From Candidatus Saccharimonadia bacterium (GTDB taxonomy: Bacteria; Patescibacteriota; Saccharimonadia; UBA4664), in the NCBI GenBank assembly GCA_036266515.1, contig DATAMV010000111.1, forward strand, positions 1 to 26,738: a DNA stretch of 26,738 nt. Direction: 5' to 3'. Below, piece by piece: positions 9,314 to 16,587 of this stretch. The notes under the pieces are model-generated. The model ran no database searches. It had not been told where the DNA came from and was given only the letters and a program-made list of their open reading frames with translations. Numbering within the stretch: position 1 is the first letter of the stretch; each line of letters begins with the position of its first letter. Made by a program: the position numbers and the translations under genes.

Positions 9314-9353
9314 AGTGCTTTGAGGCCGTTGGCGGCGGCGATATCGGCTAGAG
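9301..9353. repeat. Copy 1 of a diverged 53-bp direct repeat (3' end of the kinase gene)
   Basis: 41/53 identical to 10239-10291 by manual alignment; encodes LADIAAANGLKALWPA*. Confidence 0.85.
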
Positions 9354-10239
9354 TTTTGTCAAAGGCGGGTTTGCCCATTTTTAGCAGGTTGTCCGCGAAG
9401 CCGAGGCGCAGGGTGATGCGCTCGGTATTTTTGGGAGGGGCTTTGAGCTCGAAGAAAAGTGACAGCCGCACGCACATATAAATGAGCGCTGGGAATAACT
9501 TGGCTCCTTCTTCAGCCGTAAGGGTTCGGTGTTTGGTGTACCCCTGCAGGAATCGGCAGCACAGTTCAAAAGTGTCATCGCGGCCAAAGTAGCTCATGAT
9601 CATTGCGCCGGCAATGTCAAAAATAAACTCGCCGTAGCCGGCGTGCTCAGGGTCAATAAAACCGAGCAGTTGACCGTCTTTGGCATACAAATTATCCGGG
9701 CACACATCATGGAATACAAAGCCCTCGGGCAGGTCGTGCACTTCCTCGATGTAGGCCCGGTATTTCTCATACTTTGCCCGGGTTGGCTCGTCGAGCTGTT
9801 CCAGGAGCCCGAGACAGCGTTCGCGGCTATCCCAGGCTGGAGCAAGCTCGGCCTCGCTAATTTGCGTGATATGGAGTTTCGCGACTAATTCGCCCATTGC
9901 CTCAGCCATAGCGGGGTTAACGGCCGGCTCCGTGAGGGTCTCAAATGGAAATACAAGAATTTTTTGGCCATCGATTTCCGTAACCACCTGGCCCATATTG
10001 TTTTTGAGCGGCGCGATGGTTTGAAGACCGGCGCGCTCAATATTCGCGTAAAACTTTTCCTGGCGGGGAAGATGCTTGTACTGCAAGGGCGGAATAATTT
10101 TCATAAAGTAGGGTCCGGCCGCTGTTTTGACCGCCAGGTTCGTATTGCCGGAGCCTTTGCCCACTGGCTCGATTGAAATGATGGATGCGAGGCCCGAGTA
10201 AAAATTCCGTAGCTTTTGCGGTAGGCCGGCGAGGTCCAT
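9301..10239 (-). CDS. APH/type II homoserine kinase (ThrB)-like phosphotransferase
   Basis: GSGNTN P-loop, YFMK, catalytic loop FHDVCPDN, GFIDPE, DIA; ATG 10239 overlaps the upstream TAA (TAATG). Alternative GTG start at 10251. Confidence 0.82.
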   Translation of the reverse strand: MDLAGLPQKLRNFYSGLASIISIEPVGKGSGNTNLAVKTAAGPYFMKIIPPLQYKHLPRQEKFYANIERAGLQTIAPLKNNMGQVVTEIDGQKILVFPFETLTEPAVNPAMAEAMGELVAKLHITQISEAELAPAWDSRERCLGLLEQLDEPTRAKYEKYRAYIEEVHDLPEGFVFHDVCPDNLYAKDGQLLGFIDPEHAGYGEFIFDIAGAMIMSYFGRDDTFELCCRFLQGYTKHRTLTAEEGAKLFPALIYMCVRLSLFFELKAPPKNTERITLRLGFADNLLKMGKPAFDKTLADIAAANGLKALWPA

Positions 10240-10291
10240 TAGGCCAGCCACAGGCTCTTGAGGCCGTTGGTGGTGGCGATATCCGCCAGGG
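10239..10291. repeat. Copy 2 of the diverged 53-bp direct repeat (3' end of the amidohydrolase gene)
   Basis: Encodes LADIATTNGLKSLWLA*; 12/16 aa identical to the kinase C-terminus. Confidence 0.85.
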
Positions 10292-11231
10292 CATCAAGGT
10301 CGTAGTAGCGCTGGCCCTCCAGCAGGAAGCGCAGTTCGGTCCACATGTCGCCGTCAACGAACGGTTTGTAGAGGTCCTGGATATTATCGGTCCCGATACA
10401 CACGGTAACCCCGGCTGCCATCATCTCTTTTACTGGGGTCATGGCGTTGTGAATGGGGCCGATAACGTCATGATCCATGAGAGCAACGTGGCTATTGTCG
10501 ATCCAGCCGTCCGGACAAGCCACCACCATGACGCCGGCGTCCACCAGCTTTTTATATAATTCAAAGCGATACTCACGGGCTTGGGCCCCCACTGAAATAC
10601 AATGGACGGCTGCTACCTTGCCCTGGTAGCCGTGTTCGATGGTTTTCTTAATGAGTAGTTCGGTGTCGCGCTGGTCGGGCACATTGTATTGGTCCACGTG
10701 GACATGCAGCGGCTTGCCACCGTTTTTCTTGGCTGCTTCAAACAGAATGTCTAAGTGTTCGGCCTCGTGGCCGGCGTCTTTTTCCGGCAAGCCACCGATG
10801 ATGTCCACAAACTCAGCACCAATTTCGAACCATTTGCGGGCCTCGGGCTCTATGACGCCTTTAACCACCTGGTTTATAAATTTGATCTGAATTTTGTCGC
10901 CATAATTCTCACGTAGGCGCTTGGCGGCTTGGATGGCCTTGTCTTCAATGACAGGGTCTACGTCGATAAACGTACCGATGGCCTGAACACCCTGCTCGAT
11001 TTGCTTCTTGAGGGCGTATTCCATATTGGCGTAAATATCATCCACCGTGGCAGCTTTTTTGTACTTGTCTGGGTAGTCCCACTTCTGCTGGAGCGATCCG
11101 TTGACCAGATGGAAGTTCTCTTCATTCAAAATGAATGCGCGGTCGATGTGCGCATGGGCGTTGACCCAACCGCCTTTGGCCTTCACTTTATCTAGGACCA
11201 GTTGCTTGGGGTTGAAATCGTGGCTGTTCAT
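10239..11231 (-). CDS. Metal-dependent amidohydrolase, cytosine-deaminase (CodA/AtzC)-like
   Basis: HxH (NAHAHID), HVHVDQ, AVHCIS, GTDNIQD metal/catalytic motifs; terminal 'TTNGLKSL' helix; 330 aa. Confidence 0.85.
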   Translation of the reverse strand: MNSHDFNPKQLVLDKVKAKGGWVNAHAHIDRAFILNEENFHLVNGSLQQKWDYPDKYKKAATVDDIYANMEYALKKQIEQGVQAIGTFIDVDPVIEDKAIQAAKRLRENYGDKIQIKFINQVVKGVIEPEARKWFEIGAEFVDIIGGLPEKDAGHEAEHLDILFEAAKKNGGKPLHVHVDQYNVPDQRDTELLIKKTIEHGYQGKVAAVHCISVGAQAREYRFELYKKLVDAGVMVVACPDGWIDNSHVALMDHDVIGPIHNAMTPVKEMMAAGVTVCIGTDNIQDLYKPFVDGDMWTELRFLLEGQRYYDLDALADIATTNGLKSLWLA

Positions 11232-11232
11232 C

Positions 11233-12033
11233 TTAGGTTTTCTCCAAGGTGTTAATAAGGCAGTGGATGCCGCCGCCGGACTTATTAAACTCTCCTACTT
11301 CCACTTCGATAACTTTGCGGCCAAGTTTTTCGAGCTTTTTGCGAAAAGTGGGATTGCCGGCTTGTAATATCACTGTATCACCCGAGACGAGCGAGTTGGC
11401 GGAAAAGCCCTCGGCTTCGGTGCGGCTCATCTCATGCAGGTTGGGAATAAGCTTCTTGAGCAGGCCCTGAGAATTTTCGCTAAAAGCCGGCGGGTAGTAA
11501 AAGGCAGTATCGGCGTCGAGCGGCAGAAAGCAGGTGTCGAGGTGGTAAAACAGCGGGTCAACGAGACGCACCGGCACCACGTCGATGCCGAGGTTGTCGG
11601 CCAGCTCTTCGCATGAAGCGACATTGGCGCGAAAGCCCGTGCCAACGATGAGCATCTTGCCAACAAAAAGGGCGTCGCCGCCCTCAAAGTTGAAGATCTT
11701 GGTGAGTTCGCGCGGTTCAAAACCATGCTCGCGGAACCAGGCCCGGTAGTAGCGCGTTTCGGGTTTGCGTTCTGGGTAGCGGAAGTTGGCCATGAGCACG
11801 GTACCACCTTCGACAATTCCTTGGTCGGTGGCGAACACCATGTCTGGGACGTCGGGCTTTTGCTCGATGATCTCGACCTTAACCCCCTGGCTCTCGAGGG
11901 CCGCCACCAGGCCCTCCCATTGCTGCATGGCAAGGGCCTGATCTACGGCGTGGGGCTTCATGTGGGGGTTAATGATGTACTCGACGTCGAAATACGTTGG
12001 CCGGCACATCAGGACCCGCTTGACGCGCTGCAC
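11233..12033 (-). CDS. Pentein/amidinotransferase-superfamily hydrolase (DDAH / ArgZ N-domain-like)
   Basis: LMCRPTYFDVEYIINPHM, PDMVFATD, FEGGDA, FYHLDTC (catalytic His), GGGIHC (catalytic Cys). Confidence 0.9.
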   Translation of the reverse strand: MQRVKRVLMCRPTYFDVEYIINPHMKPHAVDQALAMQQWEGLVAALESQGVKVEIIEQKPDVPDMVFATDQGIVEGGTVLMANFRYPERKPETRYYRAWFREHGFEPRELTKIFNFEGGDALFVGKMLIVGTGFRANVASCEELADNLGIDVVPVRLVDPLFYHLDTCFLPLDADTAFYYPPAFSENSQGLLKKLIPNLHEMSRTEAEGFSANSLVSGDTVILQAGNPTFRKKLEKLGRKVIEVEVGEFNKSGGGIHCLINTLEKT

Positions 12034-12039
12034 TGGTGG

Positions 12040-13680
12040 TTAGACCTTGGCCTTTACGAGTTTGGCGACCACTTCCTGGGCAACCGCCAGGCTGGTGATA
12101 AGCGGAGTGTCGGTGGCTACGGCCTTTTCGCGGATGACTTGACCGTCGGTCTTTTCTTTCTCAACAGTTTCTTCGCGCTCGGTTTTGGTCGGGATGTTGA
12201 CGATGATGTCGAAGCGCTTGGCGTCGAGCATGTCCGAGAGGTTCGGCTTAAGCTCTGGTGTGGAGATCTTGTTGACCAGGATGGCTTCGATGCCATTGGA
12301 GAGCAGGAACTTGTGGGTCTTGTACGTGGCGTAGAGCTGGTAGCCCATGGCAGCCAGGTGCTTGACCTGGGGCAGGAACTTGAGCTTCATGTCGCGGCCA
12401 CCGATAGCGAGCAGGGCGGTGCGCTGGCGGCGCTGGGCCATGCGCATCTGGGCGGTGTAGTGTTCGATGAAGCCGGCCGAGGCGTTCTGGTTGAAGTTGT
12501 CGTTGCGGGTATCCATGAAGGTAGCCAGCTTCTCGTTGAAGATGGTGTTTGGTGTTTCGACCGCGACGGCTTCGATGTGGCCCTTGTAGAGCTTGAGGGT
12601 GACGGTGCCGGTGATTTTCTCGTTGGCTTTTTCGATGTAGGCGTAGAGGTCAGCCATGAGCGGCTCGAACCAGAGCGCGCCGTAGCAGAGGTAGGCCCAT
12701 TTTTCATCCACGATGGATTTGAACTCGTTTTCGAGCCGAGTCGAGGTGTAGCGCTCGAGAGCTTTGTGGCCGGTGATGATGGTTTCGGCGGCCGGGGCTT
12801 CATAGAGGCCGCGGACCTTGAGGCCGATCACGCGGTCTTCGAGCAGGTGAACGATACCCACGGCGTGCTTGGCGGCGCGCTCGTTGAGCTGCTCGATCAT
12901 GGCGACTAGGCCCATCTCCTTGCCGTCGACGGCCACGGGCAGGCCTTTTTCGAATTCAAGCGTGATGTATTCGGGCTTGTCGAGTGCCTCCTCGGGAGTG
13001 CGGCAGACTTGCAGGATTTTCTCGAGCGGCGGAATGAGGGCGGGATTTTCAATTTCGCCGCCTTCGCCGGTCACGCCCCACATATTGTCGTCGTAGGAGT
13101 AGGGCTTGTCTTTGGTTTGCTTCACTGGGATACCGTGAGCCAGGGCGTATTCAATCTGCTCGTCGCGGCCCATAGACCATTCGCGGACCGGAGCGATGAT
13201 TTTGATGTCGGGGTTGAGGGCGAGGGCTGAGCCTTCCATGCGGATCTGGTCGTTGCCCTTACCCGTGGCACCGTGAGCAATGGCGTCGGCGCCTTCTTGC
13301 GCCGCAATCTTGACGGCCCACTTGGCGAGCAGCGGACGGCCGAGGGGCGTCGAGAGGTAGTAGCGGCCCTGGTACATGCCGTTGGCCTTGATGCTCTTGG
13401 CCAGGTATTCGTTGGCAAATTCTTCTTTGGCGTCAACGACGATGGCCTTGACCGCGCCGAGCTTGAGGGCCTTTTCGCGGATGGCCTCAAGGTCGTCGGT
13501 TTGCTGGCCGATGTCGATGGTGAGGGCGATGACCTCGGCTTTGTAAACTTCCTGAATCCACTTCACCATTGTGGAGGTGTCGAGGCCCCCGGAGTAAAGC
13601 AAGACGACTTTTTTGACTTCGCCTTTCTTACCTTCGTAACTGGCGACTTTGACGTACTCGCTCTTGTGTTCCATGCCCAT
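12040..13680 (-). CDS. argG: Argininosuccinate synthase fused to a C-terminal MGS-like (CarB allosteric-type) domain
   Basis: LYSGGLDTS, HGATGKGNDQIR, YSYDDNMWG, EDRVIGLK.RGLYEAP; residues ~421-546 read ALLAI..D.K...ATYKT...LVNK...IIVNIP...DGQVIRE.A (MGS-like). SD GGAGGT 8 nt upstream. Confidence 0.93.
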   Translation of the reverse strand: MGMEHKSEYVKVASYEGKKGEVKKVVLLYSGGLDTSTMVKWIQEVYKAEVIALTIDIGQQTDDLEAIREKALKLGAVKAIVVDAKEEFANEYLAKSIKANGMYQGRYYLSTPLGRPLLAKWAVKIAAQEGADAIAHGATGKGNDQIRMEGSALALNPDIKIIAPVREWSMGRDEQIEYALAHGIPVKQTKDKPYSYDDNMWGVTGEGGEIENPALIPPLEKILQVCRTPEEALDKPEYITLEFEKGLPVAVDGKEMGLVAMIEQLNERAAKHAVGIVHLLEDRVIGLKVRGLYEAPAAETIITGHKALERYTSTRLENEFKSIVDEKWAYLCYGALWFEPLMADLYAYIEKANEKITGTVTLKLYKGHIEAVAVETPNTIFNEKLATFMDTRNDNFNQNASAGFIEHYTAQMRMAQRRQRTALLAIGGRDMKLKFLPQVKHLAAMGYQLYATYKTHKFLLSNGIEAILVNKISTPELKPNLSDMLDAKRFDIIVNIPTKTEREETVEKEKTDGQVIREKAVATDTPLITSLAVAQEVVAKLVKAKV

Positions 13681-13724
13681 GGGGGTCTACCTCCGTTCAT
13701 TATTCGGACACATTATCGCCAGCT

Positions 13725-13751
13725 ATTATAGCACAAAATTGGAAAAATCAA
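13725..13751 (-). promoter_or_regulatory. Extended -10 promoter of the argG operon (TGTG-C-TATAAT; TTGATT at short spacing)
   Basis: Minus strand: TTGATT-15 nt-TATAAT with TGTG immediately upstream; -10 at 13725-13730. Confidence 0.65.
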
Positions 13752-13802
13752 GTGTTTTTTTCGAAAAATGGCCTAATTTAGAGCATTTTGAGGTGCTTTT
13801 TG

Positions 13803-14951
13803 CTATTTTTTCTTAAACCTGGTGCGGCTACCATGATGGCTGCCCTGAATGTTCTTTGGCCGAGGCATAAGGCTCTTAACGTCAATGGCCAGCTCGGGAT
13901 TCCAAATAACGGCGGTGGCGGCCTGCACCATGTCGGCGCCGGCGTCACGGTAGGCTTGGTAGTCAGCTGGATTCATGACGCCGCCGATGCCAATGATGGC
14001 AAAACGAAGGCCCAGCCGCTCGCGCAACTCGGCGAGGCGGCGGGTCATGTCGAGGCCGGCCCACTTAATGCCGGCGCCGCATAGGCCGGTACGGTCGCGG
14101 CCGGGCAGGGCCGGCTCGCCGTCCGGTGTCACGACCGAGCCCGGGATGGTGTTGACCGCGGCGACGGCGGCAACGAGCGGGGCGACGGCCCGCATGATGG
14201 TTTCGAGTAGCTCCTGCTGATCCGGTGCGTAGTAGCCAAGCTTTATGATCAGCGGGGTTTTGCCGGCGGCTGTCCGGCAGCGGCGCACGATGTCCGTGAC
14301 GGCGCCGGGCGAGTAGCACAGCACGCCCTCGCCGCTCACGTTGGGGCACGAAAGGTTGATCTCGATTGCCGGGGCGCCGGCCTGGACCGCGAGCTTTACG
14401 GCTTCGGCGAAGTCATTGTAATAATCCTCAGTGGAGAAGCCGGGCTGAATGGTGCCTTGTACCGACATGATTACCATTTGGCCGCGCTTCACGGCGGCAA
14501 GGCACCGGGCGTAGTCCGGCATCCAAAACTCGGGCCCGCGCGACGGCACGGCAAATGAGTTGGTAATAGTGAGCCGGCTGAGGTCGGGGTCGTCTCCCAC
14601 GGCGTGCGCCACTAGCGGCTTTTTGGCTTGATCGAGGGTAAGGTCACCGTCCACATCCACGGCCAATACATTAGGAAACGGGTTAACTTCAAAGGCGACG
14701 GTGCGCTGGGTTTTGTAGGTAACGAGGTCAAAGCCTTTATTAAGAGCGGCGATCACGTATTTGGCGTTGAGTAGCGGTCCGGCGGCTATGCCAAACGGCG
14801 AAAACATCGGCCGGCCAAAGAAATTAAACTGCGGCCGCCCTTTGTCGTGGTATGGAATAGGCAGGGCGAATTCGCCGAACGGGCCATGGTCGAAATTCTC
14901 AGCATAGGTTTTGGCGGGATCGTAGATGGGTTGTTGGCCTGAACTGAGCAT
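13803..14951 (-). CDS. pyrD: Dihydroorotate dehydrogenase-like FMN oxidoreductase (class 1-type, divergent)
   Basis: GIAAGP, TYKT, ITNS, EINLSCPN (catalytic Cys), IIKL, VNT, GLCG, IIGIGGV, VQAATA; next to pyrF/pyrE. Could instead be a dihydropyrimidine dehydrogenase-like enzyme. Confidence 0.72.
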   Translation of the reverse strand: MLSSGQQPIYDPAKTYAENFDHGPFGEFALPIPYHDKGRPQFNFFGRPMFSPFGIAAGPLLNAKYVIAALNKGFDLVTYKTQRTVAFEVNPFPNVLAVDVDGDLTLDQAKKPLVAHAVGDDPDLSRLTITNSFAVPSRGPEFWMPDYARCLAAVKRGQMVIMSVQGTIQPGFSTEDYYNDFAEAVKLAVQAGAPAIEINLSCPNVSGEGVLCYSPGAVTDIVRRCRTAAGKTPLIIKLGYYAPDQQELLETIMRAVAPLVAAVAAVNTIPGSVVTPDGEPALPGRDRTGLCGAGIKWAGLDMTRRLAELRERLGLRFAIIGIGGVMNPADYQAYRDAGADMVQAATAVIWNPELAIDVKSLMPRPKNIQGSHHGSRTRFKKK

Positions 14952-14995
14952 GGTAGTTTATAGGATAGCATAAGCTGGGAAAGGCACCTGTAATC

Positions 14996-15817
14996 GTGAA
15001 CTTTGCGGCCAAATTAGCCAAGTCCGTTGAGCGCTCAAACTCACTGCTGTGTGTGGGGCTTGACCCCGGCGTGGCTAAGCTCCCGAAGAGCATGCCCGAC
15101 CAATTTGAATTTAATAAAGCCATTATTGAAGCCACGCATGATCTGGCGAGTTCATACAAACCGAATGCGGCGTTTTATGAGGCGCGGGGTGCTGACGGCA
15201 TCGAGGCACTCAAGCGCACATGCGACTACCTGCGCGAAACCTACCCCGAAATCCCGATCGTATTTGATGCCAAGCGCGGCGACATCGGCAACACGAATGC
15301 CGGCTACGCTGAGTACGTGTTTGAATACCTGGGCGCCGATGCCGTGACCGTGGCGCCCTACATGGGCAGCGAGTCGCTTGAGAAATTCTTGGAATGGGAA
15401 GGTAAAGGCATTATTGTACTCTGCCGCACCTCAAATCTCGGGGCCGGTGAGTTTCAGGACCTCATGGTCGGCGGCGAGCCGTTGTATATGCATGTGGCCA
15501 AACGCGTGAGTTCGGCTTGGAACAGCCGCGGCAACTGCGCGCTGGTGGTGGGTGCAACCTATCCGAAGGAGCTGGCCGAGGTGCGCGCGGTGGTCGGCGA
15601 CGCCATGCCGATTCTGATCCCGGGCATCGGCGCACAAGGCGGCGAGGTGGCAGCCAGCGTGGAAGCCGGCCTAGGCGGCGGCCACGCACCAATTATGATT
15701 GCTACCTCTCGGGCCATTATTTTTGCATCCGACGGCGAGGATTTTGCCGAGGCCGCCCGGACTGAGGCCCAGAAATTGCGCGATGAAATTAACCGCTACC
15801 GGAAGGAGACCGCATGA
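14996..15817 (+). CDS. pyrF: Orotidine-5'-phosphate decarboxylase
   Basis: LCVGLDP, YKPNAAFYE, DAKRGDIGNT (DxKxxDIxxT), LCRTSN, VVGAT, LIPGIGAQGG, SRAII. Confidence 0.95.
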   Translation: MNFAAKLAKSVERSNSLLCVGLDPGVAKLPKSMPDQFEFNKAIIEATHDLASSYKPNAAFYEARGADGIEALKRTCDYLRETYPEIPIVFDAKRGDIGNTNAGYAEYVFEYLGADAVTVAPYMGSESLEKFLEWEGKGIIVLCRTSNLGAGEFQDLMVGGEPLYMHVAKRVSSAWNSRGNCALVVGATYPKELAEVRAVVGDAMPILIPGIGAQGGEVAASVEAGLGGGHAPIMIATSRAIIFASDGEDFAEAARTEAQKLRDEINRYRKETA

Positions 15818-16464
15818 CTACGGGTGATGAAATAAAAGAGCTCCTCGTAAAGAGTGGCGGCTGGCTTGATAATGACCATTTTGTGGGCACCAACGGCAAC
15901 CACATGAGCACCTATATTAATAAGGACGCACTTTACCCGCACACCGAATACGCCTCCAGGCTCGGTGAAGCCATGGCCGCGGCCATGAAGGACTGGGACC
16001 CGGAGGTGGTGGTAAGCCCGGCGCTTGGTGGGATCGTGTTGACGCAATGGTCGGCCTACCACGCCACCCAGATGCTGGGACGTGAGGTGCTGGCGGTGTA
16101 TGCCGAGAAGGTGGAGGGGCCGGAAAAGAAGTTTGCCTTCACGCGCGGGTACGACAAGCTGGTGGCCGGCAAGCGCGCCGTGGTAGTGGAAGACAACCTC
16201 ACCACCGGCGTCTCGGTGCGCAAGGTGGTGGAGCTGGTGCGTGAAACCGGCGGCGAGGTGGTGGGCGTGGTGGCCATGCTCAACCGCGGCGGTGTGAGCC
16301 GTGAAGACGTGGGCAACCCGCCGCACTTTGAGGCCATTGTGCAGGCTGACCTTAAATCGTGGCCGGCCGCCGAATGCGAACTGTGCGCTAAGGGCGTGCC
16401 AGTTAACACCAAAATCGGCAAAGGCAAAAAGTTCCTGGAAGAACAAGCGGCCAAGCAGCAATGA
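15814..16464 (+). CDS. pyrE: Orotate phosphoribosyltransferase
   Basis: PRPP-binding VVVEDNLTTGVSV, SPALGGI, YAEK; ATGA overlap with pyrF. Confidence 0.9.
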   Translation: MTTGDEIKELLVKSGGWLDNDHFVGTNGNHMSTYINKDALYPHTEYASRLGEAMAAAMKDWDPEVVVSPALGGIVLTQWSAYHATQMLGREVLAVYAEKVEGPEKKFAFTRGYDKLVAGKRAVVVEDNLTTGVSVRKVVELVRETGGEVVGVVAMLNRGGVSREDVGNPPHFEAIVQADLKSWPAAECELCAKGVPVNTKIGKGKKFLEEQAAKQQ

Positions 16465-16467
16465 TAA

Positions 16468-16496
16468 TTGACTATTTAGAGTAATTATTTGATAAT
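16468..16496 (+). promoter_or_regulatory. Sigma70-like promoter TTGACT-17-GATAAT upstream of the EamA-like gene
   Basis: -35 at 16468-16473, -10 at 16491-16496, AT-rich spacer. Confidence 0.65.
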
Positions 16497-16567
16497 TTGC
16501 CAACGGCCAAGATAAGTGCCGAAGTGCTGGCTTTTCCAGTAGTGGCGTCAGAATCTTGACGCTGCGC

Positions 16568-16585
16568 CTTCTCCGAATGGAGGAG
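16568..16585 (+). promoter_or_regulatory. SD-sequestering hairpin (CTTCTCC-gaat-GGAGGAG)
   Basis: 7-bp stem (one G.U) whose 3' arm is the entire SD, 2 nt before GTG 16588. Confidence 0.55.
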
Positions 16586-16587
16586 CT

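Noticed and set aside
11725-12909. 394-aa + strand ORF (also 3598-4224, 2493-2996, 15796-16503 and other overlapping track ORFs)
   Set aside because: Antisense or out-of-frame shadows of well-supported genes. Expected from GC3 codon bias; no recognisable motifs or initiation signals.
13681-13802. ARG box or PyrR attenuator upstream of argG
   Set aside because: GAATAATGAAC is not a convincing palindromic ARG box, and no terminator/antiterminator pair is visible.
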